Below the pieces are notes generated by a model. That model worked only from the letters and a program-made list of their open reading frames with translations, did no database searches and had not been told where the DNA came from. A DNA stretch of 63,471 nucleotides, the filler included, from Rhabdomonas costata (Eukaryota): assembly GCA_019059605.1 (NCBI GenBank). It is 35 parts of 35 records of this genome, joined end to end, with 100 filler letters (N's around TTAATTAATTAA, not from the genome) between each part and the next. Parts side by side here need not be neighbours in the genome. Positions count along the whole stretch, not along the records: positions 49,048 to 50,767 come from JAHMHO010010163.1; positions 50,868 to 52,582 come from JAHMHO010010164.1; positions 52,683 to 54,396 come from JAHMHO010010165.1; positions 54,497 to 56,211 come from JAHMHO010010166.1; positions 56,312 to 58,026 come from JAHMHO010010167.1; positions 58,127 to 59,841 come from JAHMHO010010168.1; positions 59,942 to 61,656 come from JAHMHO010010169.1; positions 61,757 to 63,471 come from JAHMHO010010170.1; 27 more parts are not named here. One strand, written 5' to 3'. Each line of letters starts with the position of its first letter. Positions within the stretch are counted from its first letter, which is position 1. The position numbers were made by a program, and so were the translations under genes. This document shows positions 50,401 to 62,507 of the stretch, piece by piece.

Positions 50401-51962
50401 TGCTGCAACGTGAGGAGAAGGAGTGGAAGAAGTGAAGATGCCACATGACCCACAGTGCATGCCAGGAGTGACACAGAGCCTCTACCACCACTGATGCATA
50501 AGTGTAAGAGGATGCGTATCCAACGCACCCATGGAAAGGCCCCGCAGGGTACAAGGCCTGTAAGCGTGATCGACAGAACCGCTACAGAGTGTAATGGTAG
50601 AGAGGGGCGTCACGTAAGAACCTTATGGTGGTGAAGTGACGCAGTAGAAGATGCAGGGGTATCAGCGATGAGGATACACTTACGAAGCGTCGTCGCTCCA
50701 CCGCATACGGTTACGCTCCTCCGACTCACAGTTCGCTCCACCACCATAAGGCTGGTTACACAACACCNNNNNNNNNNNNNNNNNNNNNNNNNNNNNNNNN
50801 NNNNNNNNNNNTTAATTAATTAANNNNNNNNNNNNNNNNNNNNNNNNNNNNNNNNNNNNNNNNNNNNCTCCCTCCGTTTTTTTTTAACCATTGTGTGTGT
50901 GTGTTCTGCTGATGGTCAGATTTCATCGAAAAGATGCATTCCCCTCTTAAGATGCATCCCCCCCCAACCCTCTCCGCAGCTCTTCAACTCTCTCCACAGG
51001 TGAAAAGGAAAGGAGATGAGGGCCGGTGTTTTCGATTGCAATTGCAAAAAAAACATTAGGATGTGAAATAGTATGAGCAAAAAGTGCTCCGGTTTTCGCT
51101 GAAAAAGTTGCGTGTATCAGTAGAAAAAGTTGCTGGTATTTTGCGGCTCCATGTTTGGATTCTGGCGCAGAGGGGCACACAGAATGCAAGAGCTCTTTGC
51201 TCATGCATACTGGTACTTTTCTTGCTGACCTTGGTGTGCCTTCAGAAATCGAGCCAATCCATTGCTGGGAACACCAGGAGCTTTCATTCATCTCTTTTTT
51301 TTCTGCAGAGAGCTTCTCTCCGAATCTTCTGCGGGAGGGCCTCTCCCGTCCCCGCGCACTGGCTGCGGCCACCGTTGCCATGGCAGTTGCTGTTCTGGTG
51401 TGCGCTCCGCTCCTCCGGGGGAAGGGCTGACAAAGACCGAGGCCGGTGGAAGCTGGTCCACGGGGTATTTTCCATGTTTCTTGGCATTGTCCTGTCTCTC
51501 TCTCTCTCTCTCGTGACACAGGGAAAGTAATAAAAGGCGCACTATACTTCAGCGTAGAAAAGAAGCGCAGCAAAATTCAGGAGGGACAGAGAGGGCTGAA
51601 AGTCGTCTGTATTCATGCGTCTTGTTTTGGGCTTCCAGTTTGCCTTTGGTTTGTGACTTTTAGCGTTAGGCAAAATCAAACTCATACAGGCAAAAATGAC
51701 CGAAAGTCCAGGGCAGCGTTCATCAAAGATGAAATGGAGAAAATTGTTTCCTCCCACTTTGTGACAGTGACTGATTTGGAACGATCTTCGTCCGAATTGA
51801 CGTTTCTTTTGCTCGGGCTTTTCAGCTTGTTTGTCACACCGACGGTATTGATGCGAACAACATCTCAACTCGTCCAAACTCTGACTTGCAGGCAGCAATC
51901 CCCGTTCCTCTGCTTCCCCCTGAGCGTTTTTGTGGAGGTGGAGGGGGGGTGCGGTTGCGCAG

Positions 51963-52146
51963 ACTCTTTGGGGACTGGAGCACGCTGACGCCGCACTGGA
52001 AGACCTTCCTGCCCAGCTTCCTGTTCCCCGTGCTGCAGACCTCGCTGAACCAGGCCGAGCTGGAGGACCGCGACGTCACTGTGGCCGACGTGTGCGTCAA
52101 CCTCTCGGGGCCCATGCGCCTGGCGAACATCTACCGAGACCGCTTG
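51963..52146 (+). CDS. Exon of an unknown protein (LFGDWSTLTPHWKTFLPSFLFPVLQ...ANIYRDRL)
   Basis: GC3-rich frame between a CAG acceptor and a GTATGT donor. Confidence 0.5.
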
Positions 52147-52361
52147 GTATGTGGGTGTGGGTGTGGGTGTGAACAGAGACCACCCAGCGATGAGCAGAGC
52201 GCGCGAGCGCAGAGAGTTGGAACTCCCTAGAACCGCGGTTTGATGTGCCCACGCAGCGGTTGATTATTCGAAAGTCAGAAAAGACCTCCTCCTCCTTGGG
52301 TGCGTTTTTTCGGTGGCATCCTGCTGCTTTGTGTCTTTGGTTGAGCAGTCGCCAGCGTTTA

Positions 52362-52576
52362 GCGTTGGAAGGCTTCAAATTGTAGAGCAAAGAGCATTTC
52401 CGCTCACTTTTGCTAGTTCCCACCAGCTTAGTCAATGTTCTCCATGTTCTTCGCCCCTTTCTTTCGTCGCAAAAAAAAAAGGGGCGAAGAACATGGAGAA
52501 CATTGACTAAGCTGGTGGGAACTAGCAAAAGTGAGCGGAAATGCTCTTTGCTCTACAATTTGAAGCCTTCCAACGC
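52362..52576. repeat. Contig-terminal fold-back (about 99-bp arms)
   Basis: 52362-52460 is the reverse complement of 52478-52576. Confidence 0.9.
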
Positions 52577-52826
52577 AAAACANNNNNNNNNNNNNNNNNN
52601 NNNNNNNNNNNNNNNNNNNNNNNNNNTTAATTAATTAANNNNNNNNNNNNNNNNNNNNNNNNNNNNNNNNNNNNNNNNNNNNGTTTGGATTTTTTTATAG
52701 CAAATCAATCAAAATGGAAAATCATTTTTTGGGTGGCCGCTTGTTGTTTTGGGGGAGGGGGGGTATCGGTTCATGTGTCTGTGTGCCTTGATGTCTGTGC
52801 GCGGTGGTGGTGGTTTCGCGGTGCAG

Positions 52827-53309
52827 TGCCACTCCATGACGAAGGGGGCGCACAACACGGGACCCAGTCTGCACGGCGTGGTGGGGCGTTCCGCGGGTCA
52901 GGCCGCGGGGTTCGCGTACTCCACCGCGATGAAGGGCGCCGGTATGTACACACACGCAAGCAGCCGCACTGCACACGTCTCTTTTTGTTCGTAGTTTGTG
53001 CACAGTTTCGTGTGGTGTTCTTTTCGTCGATTTTTTGCCACCCAGGAGTGACGTGGGATGACGACAGCCTGAGCAAGTTCCTGGAGAACCCCAAGAAGTA
53101 TGCGTGCCCTTCTCCGTTTCAAGTGTGGGATGAAACCGGAGGAAACAGTTGAGACTGCGAAAAAAAACACGTTGGTCACTGGTGCCATGTCCCTCCCCGA
53201 CCTCACCCTCTTCCTCAGGTTCGTGCCAGGCACGAAGATGGCCTTCGCGGGGATCAAGGCGGCCAAGGACCGCAAGGACATCATCGCCTACATGGCTACT
53301 GTGAAATAA
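52827..53309 (+). CDS. CYC1: Mitochondrial cytochrome c, exons 52827-52941, 53046-53097 and 53219-53309 (N-terminal exon missing)
   Basis: Spliced product CHSMTKGAHNTGPSLHGVVGRSAGQAAGFAYSTAMKGAG|VTWDDDSLSKFLENPKK|FVPGTKMAFAGIKAAKDRKDIIAYMATVK*. Two in-phase GT-AG introns. Confidence 0.97.
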
Positions 53310-54539
53310 AGAGGCTCGGGCGGCACCCCCCCCCTCCTAGCCCTGGGTGGCGCTGGAGGGTGGGTGGAGGAAGCGCACCAGACATTTGAAATGCCTGGCC
53401 TGCGCCATTCTGCGGTCCCTGTGTGTGAGTGTGTGGTCGCACCGTGGTGCCCCTGATGTGGGGCTGGTAATTATCTCCTTCCGTTTGCGAAGGACTTGCG
53501 TACTCTGCAAAAGTGAACAAGTGGAAGGCACTGCATTGTATATCTGTCCCCCAGTGCTACTTTTTTATGGGGGGGGATGCCCACCATAGAAGAAGAAAAG
53601 GGAAAAGGGGGTTCCGCCTGGTTGTTGCCTTGGATTGGTAACACATTCAGACAACCACCAAACTGACTCTCCCTGAAGTTTTGGTCCCAGTCACCCAAAC
53701 GAAAAGTGAATGTGGCCATTGTTTGACTGTGCGCTTTTTTCGAACTGCTTAATCTCAACTAGCGGAGGGTTTGGAGCCAAGCATTCTGTTCGTTCACCAT
53801 TGGCGGACCTCACGAACTGCAAAACAGAACCTGTGCGTGACAGCGACTGTGAAGAACGACTTCCTTTCCACTCGCAAGAACACCTCAGAATCAACCCCCA
53901 GCCTCACCGCACAGCTTCATGGAAGGAAGCGGGGGGTTTCCTCTGCAACTCACAGGCTGTGGTCAGTCCCCCGTTTTTTTGGTTGTCTCCCCCCTTCTGT
54001 TTTTGCCTGTTGTATTCTTGGTGTTTACCGTTTTTGCCTTTTTTTTCTTTTCCCTTTTCGTTGCTGTGGTGGTGGTGGTCGTGTGTGTGGTCGTGTGTGC
54101 GTGTGCGTGCATCCAAAGCCCCCCAGAACCTCACTAACCTCAGTTCTCCCCCCTGCTGCCGAAGAGAGAGAGGAGAGAGGCTTCTGTTGTACCCCCAAGC
54201 TTCACCAAAAAAGCCAGAAGACACAGGAGGGTCCGCCTTCTCCCGTCTTCCTTCTGTGGGGTTTCTCTTTCGAAATGGCGGAAGTCTCCTCACGAGCCGT
54301 CTCCAGCTCCACGGTGGGGGCTGTGGGGGAGGCAGGCGACCCCTCGTCTGCCCTCCCGCCAGCCTCCGCCAAAGGGGAGCGCCCTACCCCAAAACANNNN
54401 NNNNNNNNNNNNNNNNNNNNNNNNNNNNNNNNNNNNNNNNTTAATTAATTAANNNNNNNNNNNNNNNNNNNNNNNNNNNNNNNNNNNNNNNNNNNNTGTG
54501 GTTTGTAAAAGCACGGCCCACGAAGTGTTAATGATGCAC

Positions 54540-56080
54540 CTGCTGACGAAGAACAATAAATCTCCCGCTCTGAAGCAACGACAAGCTTTGGAAGCTTGCA
54601 TTCATTGACGTTGAACAATGATGAAAGTTTCGACATGTTATCACTGCTAAACATTAATCGCACCCCTACCACAACCAACAGTACAATAATTGGACACCAA
54701 AAAAATTCGTGTGCAACTCGAGAAAGAATGTAAAATTGCCTCCCTTATTCCACCCTGTCCGGTCTGTCGAGTGAAAGGTGAAAGATACCTGCCCCATGGG
54801 GCTGGACAGACCCATCGAAAGGAACCCTGCGGGTGCTCCAGGGAATATTGGGATGTTGGCATACCCCGGGCCCAGCGAAGTAATGGGGAGAGCCGGGGTA
54901 CCAAGGTGGGTGGACACCCGGTCCATCGCAAGAAATTGCAAAACGAGGGTTGATACGCAAGAGTAACGGTTTAGAAACCGCACATCGGAGCTAAGCGATG
55001 AGAATGTCGGACTTCCTGTAATTGCAAACCTCACACAGCGACGTGCTAATATATATAAGATAAATCTCGTAATATACGCTGAAACCCAGTTCAACAAGTT
55101 CAATTGCAGCAGAAGATAGGAGACAGCGACCATGACACGCTATCACTACAATAACAATGACCCCCTGTGTTGCATGTATTCGGGTGCACAGTGAAGTTAT
55201 GTCAACGTATTACCTTTACTAAACGACGCTGAGGGCTAAAGGTTGAAGCCCAACCTTGGAATTGGAACCTCAATGTGGGGTGAGATAATGCAGACCTGAT
55301 AATGCCGTGTGTGAATCGTCGTTAGGGTGCTTTCATAAGGAGGGGAAGCAAGGCTGATTGTAAGCAGCAACACCCATGTGTTTGAGGTCAGTCCGCCCCA
55401 TCAGACGTAAATTTGAGTATAAGTGAGTTCATGGCACCAAGTTCGGCTGATAAACTCGAGTCGAAACTGCGACCATGGACAACCCAGAGACTCGACGAGT
55501 TACCTCCTCCTCTCTCAACCGAATAAAAAAAAGCAACAAAGTCGCTCGGCTTCGGTAGCCCATCGTCAAACCTGATTGAAAATCACTCTCTCGAAGACAA
55601 GAAACAGGCCAGCAGAATTTTCCTTCGCCCATCCCGCAGTTGGTGAGAGCAGGTCGGGACAGCCACGAATCGGGGCTCTGAGCTTGTGAACTCGAAGCAG
55701 TTTAACAACTGTGGGCTCAAAGTGCGGTGGATAGTGCACGCCCACAGAAGAAGTCTTCAGCCCAATAAAATTGCACTCCGCAACTCTGTGCGGAAAGAAA
55801 GTCGCACTGCTGATCGCCGATGAATGCAGTGACCTGCGCAGAGATCCCTGTAAGGTTGGGAAGATAAATCAGCACCCCTGTTGTGATACTGACAAGCATA
55901 CCACCTGTGCATGTATCATCCTCAACTGGCGTGCGGTGCGAAAAGAATGGGGCGTGCGACCCCGGCAGTTCAATGTGGCTTGCAAGGGTCTTGTAAAGCG
56001 GTGTGCGTCCGATTGGAAGAGGGAGGGCGTCAACATTATTCGCTCCTACACCTTGTTGCGTCGCCTTTGCTGTGTTCTGC
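54540..56080 (+). mobile_element. Decayed Ty3/gypsy pol (integrase plus chromodomain, chromovirus-like)
   Basis: In order: LKQRQ (RH end), GTKVGGH...ECRTSCNC (HHCC), LIVSSNTHVF, VSSWHQ, then IILNWRAVRKEWGVRPRQFNVACKGL...SDW...NI (chromodomain-like). Many stops. Confidence 0.42.
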
Positions 56081-56463
56081 ACCAAGGCCACACTCACAAT
56101 CCTGGCAAGCAGACCAGGATAGCATTTGCGTTAAGGGGACAGTTGATGACTGAGTTTTTTTATTTCATATAAGAATGATAAAAGTGCGGACCAGTCGTCC
56201 AGCAACCAAGTNNNNNNNNNNNNNNNNNNNNNNNNNNNNNNNNNNNNNNNNNNNNTTAATTAATTAANNNNNNNNNNNNNNNNNNNNNNNNNNNNNNNNN
56301 NNNNNNNNNNNGGTTTTTGGTCGCAGCTGCTCTCCGACTGTTCTTCCGGAGGTTTTGGTGGATATGGTGACGGACTTTTAAAAGTGTCTCTGGTCACGTT
56401 GGGTGTCAGGGGGCAATATCCTCAAACGGCAAATACTCTCTCTCGGCCCTTGTCTCGCCACAG

Positions 56464-57948
56464 ATGGTGGTGCGGGTGCACACCGCGGCGGAAGTGATGT
56501 ATGTGCTGAAGGTGGCGGTTTCCACGGGGGTTGCAATAACCTTCCGCACGGCAGGAACCAGCCTAGCCGGCCAGGCGTGCGCCCTCCACCTCAACCCCAA
56601 TGTGTTGTCACCTTGAAACTGGAGCTGTTTCGAACCTCATGTTTACGCGAAGTCAAATTCTCAGAGATGCGAGCGGTTCCGCTTGTTCCTGCCTGCCCAT
56701 CCTGTTCACAGTTGTCCTCCACCTTCGGCCTACGTTCTTTCATAACAACGCCAAGTAAGTGAATAGGCGGGCATGCCATTATTTGCTTCCTATTTGCCTG
56801 GGGATGCCCATTTTCACCAACACAGCACACACGAATAGCCCCAGCCGTGCGCTGCACTGCTGCCTGTCTTATTTCTGCCTACGGCTTCTTCGACATTCCA
56901 CATTCAGCTGTTGTCTCATTCACATCTCGTTTCTTGCACTTGGATCGGGCCTGGAGTGGTCTTCGTTTAACCGGAGTGCGTATTCCACACTCGCATCTTT
57001 GCCCGTATTGGCAGGCCCAGTCCGACTCTGTGCTGGTGCTGCTCCGCCACAGCTGGAAGGGCATTCGGATCAACAAGGACGGCTCACTGATCTGGCTGGT
57101 ATGTGCCCGCCCGTGCGTACCCCTCCCCATCACAGATGCTTCGTCTTCCTCCAGTTCCTCACCTGCAGTTTCGGTGTGCCTTTGAGCTTTTGGGAGGATG
57201 TCTCTCGGAGGCTGGTGGTGGATATCTCCCACACCCAAAGATACATGCTCACTTTTTACATGGCAGTTTGAACGGCACACCGCCTTTTGTCTTACGACTA
57301 TCTTTCCCTTCCCTCGGCGCCGGAGGTGGGGCAAGACAAACTTCCTCCAAATGCCGTGACTTTGGAACGGAGGGGGATCTTTAATTTTCCTCTGTTGGTG
57401 GTGCTTAGGACGTGTTTGGACAATTAGGGAGGAAGGGTGACTTGGCGAAAAATTGCAGGAGCCCGGAGTGATTGGGGCGCACGCCAACCGGGCCTTGCTG
57501 AAGTACGGCCGCAAGATCGGCCCAGACCCGGCCTCCCTCAACTACTGCATGATCGGGGTGTGTCTGCGCGCTTCGCTCGTCGCATGCCAAGCTAGGACGA
57601 CCTTGAGAGATGCAAAGTCATTTTAGTTGATTTGATGCGTTTGAATACGAATGCGAGTGTGAACATGGCGACACAACCATGGCCAAGGATCGGGTCCTGT
57701 TCTCAGCAAGTTCAGATGGCCTTGCCTCGTCGGCCTTTTTCCTTTCGAGTGAAGAGGCGCCTGGGTGTTGCTTTTTTGGGGGGATGTTTCCAGGGCATCG
57801 CCTCGAACAACAGCTCGGGGATGTGCTGCGGGGTGAGCCAGAACTCCTATCACACCCTGCACGCTCTGCGGCTGATTCTGGCAGACGGTACCCTCCTGGA
57901 CACCAACGACAGCTCCAGCGTGGAGAGCTTCCGGTGGTCCCACAGCAG
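56464..57948 (+). CDS. Bacterial-type FAD-binding (Fe-S) D-lactate dehydrogenase (Dld-II-like), exons 56464-56574, 57015-57098, 57459-57557 and 57794-57948
   Basis: Spliced: ITFRTAGTSLAGQ|AQSDSVLV...|EPGVIGAHANRALLKYGRKIGPDPASLNYCMIG|GIASNNSSGMCCGVSQNSYHTL..LILADGTLLDT. All three introns are phase 0. Confidence 0.88.
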
Positions 57949-58289
57949 GTGCGACCCTTCCCCACCCCCGCGCGCACTGTATAACGCAATGAGACACATC
58001 CACATCGACTTCCCTCCCCCCACACANNNNNNNNNNNNNNNNNNNNNNNNNNNNNNNNNNNNNNNNNNNNTTAATTAATTAANNNNNNNNNNNNNNNNNN
58101 NNNNNNNNNNNNNNNNNNNNNNNNNNGGTTGGGGTGTTTGCTGTAAATTTTCGGGGAATATCGGAGAGATTCGGATTTCCCATTTTATAACAAGTTACTG
58201 AGGGTAAAGAAGCCTCTCACAGCCGAAATTGCAATGGAGCGATGCTTCAGCTCTGGTTGCCTTTTGCAGCGCTATCCGCTATATTTTCC

Positions 58290-59425
58290 TGCGGGGTGGC
58301 AGGCACAGCAGAGACCGGAACCAGTAGTTCGCCATGTTGTTGCTCTGGATACACAGCAGAAGGTGGTAGTCCGACTTCCGCAGGAGGTACTCGAACTCCG
58401 TGATCTCTCGGTGTGCCCGCGTAAACAGCTCCAGGGCCTCGTTCAAGCGCCCTGCAGAAGAACAACGGTTTGCGCCACCCCACACATGCCAAGAAGTTCA
58501 CTCGAGAATGCCCAAGCTAGCGAGTGAGTGTGTCAAGTGCAAAGCGCGCTGGATATTGCCTCAATGATTGATGGCGATCACTGTGGACTCAGGGGCGCAC
58601 GGGTGCTGTTGGCCACACGGGAGCTGTTGGTGCTCGCTCGGTGCCCCCGTGAGGTACCGGCTTACCAACGAACAGTTATCTTAATTCTGCCCGGGGTCCC
58701 GTGGCTTTGCCGCGCAGCTGCTCTTTTCCAACAGGGGCTGGGGCTTTCTCTCGCAGAAAATAACATTGAGTGAGTGGCGTGTGAGTGAGTGAGTGTTTGT
58801 GTATGAAAAATTCCTCCGACATTTGTTGTTTCATTTGGGTAAAAAGACTGTGGATGCGTTTCTTACCACTGAATATTTCTTAATGTTTTTGATCTCCTTT
58901 CTTGCCTTGCCCATTCACCGGCTTGGCGCCTTGCCTCTTCGCCTTTGCCCAGCTCCCGCCTTGGTTGCTTGACCCCCCCCCCCTTTGGTGTACTTTACCT
59001 TTCTGATTGGCACCAGCCCCTACCTCTTGCTATTCATGTGCCGCGGAAAACTGGACCGTGATGACATTGTTTGCAGAATTTATTTCTCCCTGAAAGCAGC
59101 ACTGGTAGGTGAGCAGGAAAAGTGAGGTGAAGAGTCATGGCAGAAGACCAAGAAAGTCCCACAAGTGGTGGAGGTTGCGATTATGCTGCGGGTTGCACCC
59201 CTCCCTGAGCCGTGCGAGCCTACAACCCAGAAATACCTGCGGCCAGGCCCATGGAGGCGAAGTAGACGATGGTCAGCAGATAGTGCACTAGGGCGGCGTA
59301 GAACTGGTAGTCCCCGTCGTCGAAAACGGCACGGCGGTCGTGCAGACACTGCAGCAGAGTGTCAAGACACCCCAGGGAGTCGCCCTGTGTGTCAAGGAGC
59401 AGGGTTGTACCGACCTCAAAGCTCA
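58290..59425 (-). CDS. Exons of a TPR-like helical protein
   Basis: TQGDSLGCLDTLLQCL...AALVHYLLTIVYF; GRLNEALELFTRAH...NNMANYW. Splice sites flank both. Confidence 0.4.
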
Positions 59426-62214
59426 ACGTGAGGGTGCTCAGAGGTCATTTCAATTCAATGTCAACAGTTCACAGCTCAATCTGACCCGTTCAAAGTGCAA
59501 TTCAAAGTTCGACGCTACGACCACTGCAAAAACATCGAGGATATATCCTTGAAAACTGGGTCAAATTGCGAAGAAAACGTTCCGAGTTCAACGTTCAATG
59601 TGGCCAGCTCAGAGTTCCGAGTAGGGCAGTTCAAAGTTTCGTTCCATTCCATTCCATTCCAAGTTGAAGGCAGGAATTTTTGGGTCGCACGAACCCCCTA
59701 ACTGTGAGTGGTGCTGAGGCTTCATTGCTGTCACGGATGTTGGTGACGCGTTAGACATTTGGTTGGCCCTCAGCTCTTCTCGTTCGCCCCCTCTTGCACT
59801 CCTGCACTGCACCCCTCCCCCCCTAGTGCTGCACCAACCACNNNNNNNNNNNNNNNNNNNNNNNNNNNNNNNNNNNNNNNNNNNNTTAATTAATTAANNN
59901 NNNNNNNNNNNNNNNNNNNNNNNNNNNNNNNNNNNNNNNNNTTCTGGAGGTTCACTAGGTGGGCCTATCTAGCCTCTTCAGCCGTCGGGGGGCCTCATCA
60001 AAAATGGGGGGGTAGGACCACTTACTTCGGCCCAAAACCTCGCCCTATTCGCTGGGTGACATCCGCTATGGTCACTCCCGGATCGGTGGGTGTTTTACAC
60101 AGGCTTGGAGGGACCTCTTTTGTTTTTGTGCTAGCTTTACGCTGGGCTTGGGTTTTGATAAGAGAAAGAACTGGCACACCGTCCGCCCATCTGCACGCTG
60201 ATGTTCCAGCACTGTTTCATTTGTTGTCGCTGCTGTTGACGTTCTGCTTCCATTTGTTCTTTTTCTGGCAATTGCCTGTTCGAGGCAACTCTGGTGGTTT
60301 TGTGATCGGGGGGGGGGGCAAGCTGAGGCAAACTCATCGGATGATGTATTACGTTAATTGCAAAAGAAGGGCAGAAACCAAGCCCTGCGCAGAGCGGAAA
60401 ACAAGTTCTTCTGGGCGACAACTGAAGCGAGGAATAACCGGATAACGTTCAACCTGGGGCATGGTATGGGCACTTCCGATCCCGAGGGGCAGTACGCCCC
60501 TTTAGGGCAAAGGATCCCTGCAGTCATCCCTCGAGAGGGGCAGTAGAACCCTCCGCGGCATGGATCGCACGATTCCTAAAAGAGGCAAACCAAGGTAGCG
60601 AAATACAGCAGGAGCACAACTGAGTACATGCACTCGATGCACTGCATTACAGAAGTCATATGATTTTCGAGTATCATATGGCGTAAAGGCGCATGGGGGG
60701 AGGTCAGCTTCTTATGAGGACGCGCCCACGGCGACAGCGCGTCTGCGTCGGAAATGGCGACAAAAAGCACTCTCAGTACCAATTCGCTCGTACCCTGGCC
60801 AACCATCCAATTCTTTGTGCATGAAGCACTCAATTTCGACCTTCAAAAACAAAAAAGTAGGGAGCAAGTCACCGCCTTTCTCTGTCTGGCTTTTCGGTGC
60901 AGTGCACTACAAGTGAATGCCTCGAATCCCATCATGCAAAGACCTGCACGTTGGACTGCTGATAAGTCCCGGCGTAGCAAGGGATGGGAGCCCATGAGCA
61001 CGGGGGCGAGAAGTACCCTGCGTACACGGGGTACTGCACCGCGGTGGTGGCCCCTCCAGTGCAGTAGTATCCTGGAAAAGGTGGACGCATTGCAAAGGTG
61101 AAAGAAGGTCAGGGATGCAGGGGAGCATACAAACCCCAAATATTCCGCTTGCCACATCGACGTCTTTGTTCAATGTTGTCACCCTGACCCCAACCCAACG
61201 CCCCACGCACCCACCGCCCACATGTATGGCGGTCACGCCATAGAGAACCTCCCTTACAGCAGCCCGATGGTTTGGGGAGGTTGGAGCCCGCGCAGTAGTA
61301 TCCGGGGTCGCCTGAGAGCGGGCAGAGGAAGCACCAAATATTCGTGTTTCAGTGGCTGGCATTGCAGAGGAGCAAATATTTGAACGCCGAAACATGAAAT
61401 CTCAAAGGAGCGTCGATAAAAGATAAACATGCAACTGTTTTGTAAAGGGTTCCAACCTGTATCCGCGTCTTGTCAAATTGCATTAAAACGGCTGTCAACT
61501 CCGCACAACCAAGTAGGACCCCGAAAATCTGATGGTCCGTGATTCTGGCACATCATTCACACACACAAAAAGGATTCAAAAGCGCCGAGCAGGGCAAAAG
61601 ATCATACATGAGTAGCAATCGGCTTGCGTCTTGCCCCCAGTGAAGTTGTTGTACGTNNNNNNNNNNNNNNNNNNNNNNNNNNNNNNNNNNNNNNNNNNNN
61701 TTAATTAATTAANNNNNNNNNNNNNNNNNNNNNNNNNNNNNNNNNNNNNNNNNNNNGGAAAAAAGACCCACCTGCTTTCTCCAGAAGAAAGGCCATCCGG
61801 CATGGCAGCTGAAGCCTTTGCCCGCATTTCATCGGAAGCCCCTGCAGCTCATCGTAATCCCGCGTAAACTGCACCTCCACCTGAAAACGCAAGTGCTGGA
61901 AAACAGGAGTTTTTCTTGGGAGGGGGGGTCTAGGTTGAAATTTGTAGTGCGGTGGCAGAAACAGAGCGAAAACGATAAAACAAGAAGGTGTTCGGTACAT
62001 TGTTCCTGTGTGCGTGTGTGTGTGAAAAAGAAAACTCTTCTGAAGGAGAAAATACGCACAATCAAGGAATTGCGACTCTACTACAATATATATAAAGCAC
62101 AAGCCCGCAACCACTGCAGCTGCGCGGCGGCAGGCCTCTGTGAGCACACTCCCATAAACAACATTCTCAACGGAATGTTTCCCCCCACAACTGAAAAGGC
62201 GCACCACTCCAGCG

Positions 62215-62507
62215 ATGATGCCCTTCGCGGCTAAGCCTTCCCGAGAGCCGCCCTGTCTGTGCTGCGCCGCAGCCGCAGCCCTCCCGCCGTGCTCCCCACT
62301 CAGCAGTAGCTCAATGGTGTTGATCCTGGCCTCGGGCTCGGCCGGGTGGACCTCCGGCTGCTGCTGCTGCTGCATGCGCTGCCGTAATTCCGGTGGAACC
62401 CACGAAGGCCCGGCGTGCGGGTCCCACAGCCCACGCATGGGCTCCTCCTCTGCCGTGGCCATGGCGAAAACGGTAGCGAGAGCAACGAGAACCACAATGA
62501 CAGCGGG
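62215..62507 (-). CDS. Exon with a hydrophobic signal-like segment and a poly-Q stretch, unknown protein
   Basis: VIVVLVALATVFAMATAEEEP...RMQQQQQPE. GC3-rich. Confidence 0.45.

Noticed and set aside
9..52576. Long hairpins (9-141, 14052-14431, 17931-18066, 38158-38219, 45419-45596, 52362-52576) as MITEs, hairpin telomeres or ncRNAs
   Set aside because: All abut contig ends, share no sequence with each other, and one duplicates coding sequence. This is typical of amplification template-switch chimeras.
15606..57793. Euglenid nonconventional (non-GT/C-AG, stem-forming) introns
   Set aside because: Every intron I could fix by protein conservation ends in AG and shows no obvious end pairing. 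I found none, though they could hide in genes I could not model.
1717..61756. Regularly spaced TTAATTAATTAA units as a CRISPR-like array, nanochromosome ends or a biological period
   Set aside because: They are embedded in N runs with identical 100-bp geometry, so they are assembly spacers. The uniform contig size reflects length sorting.
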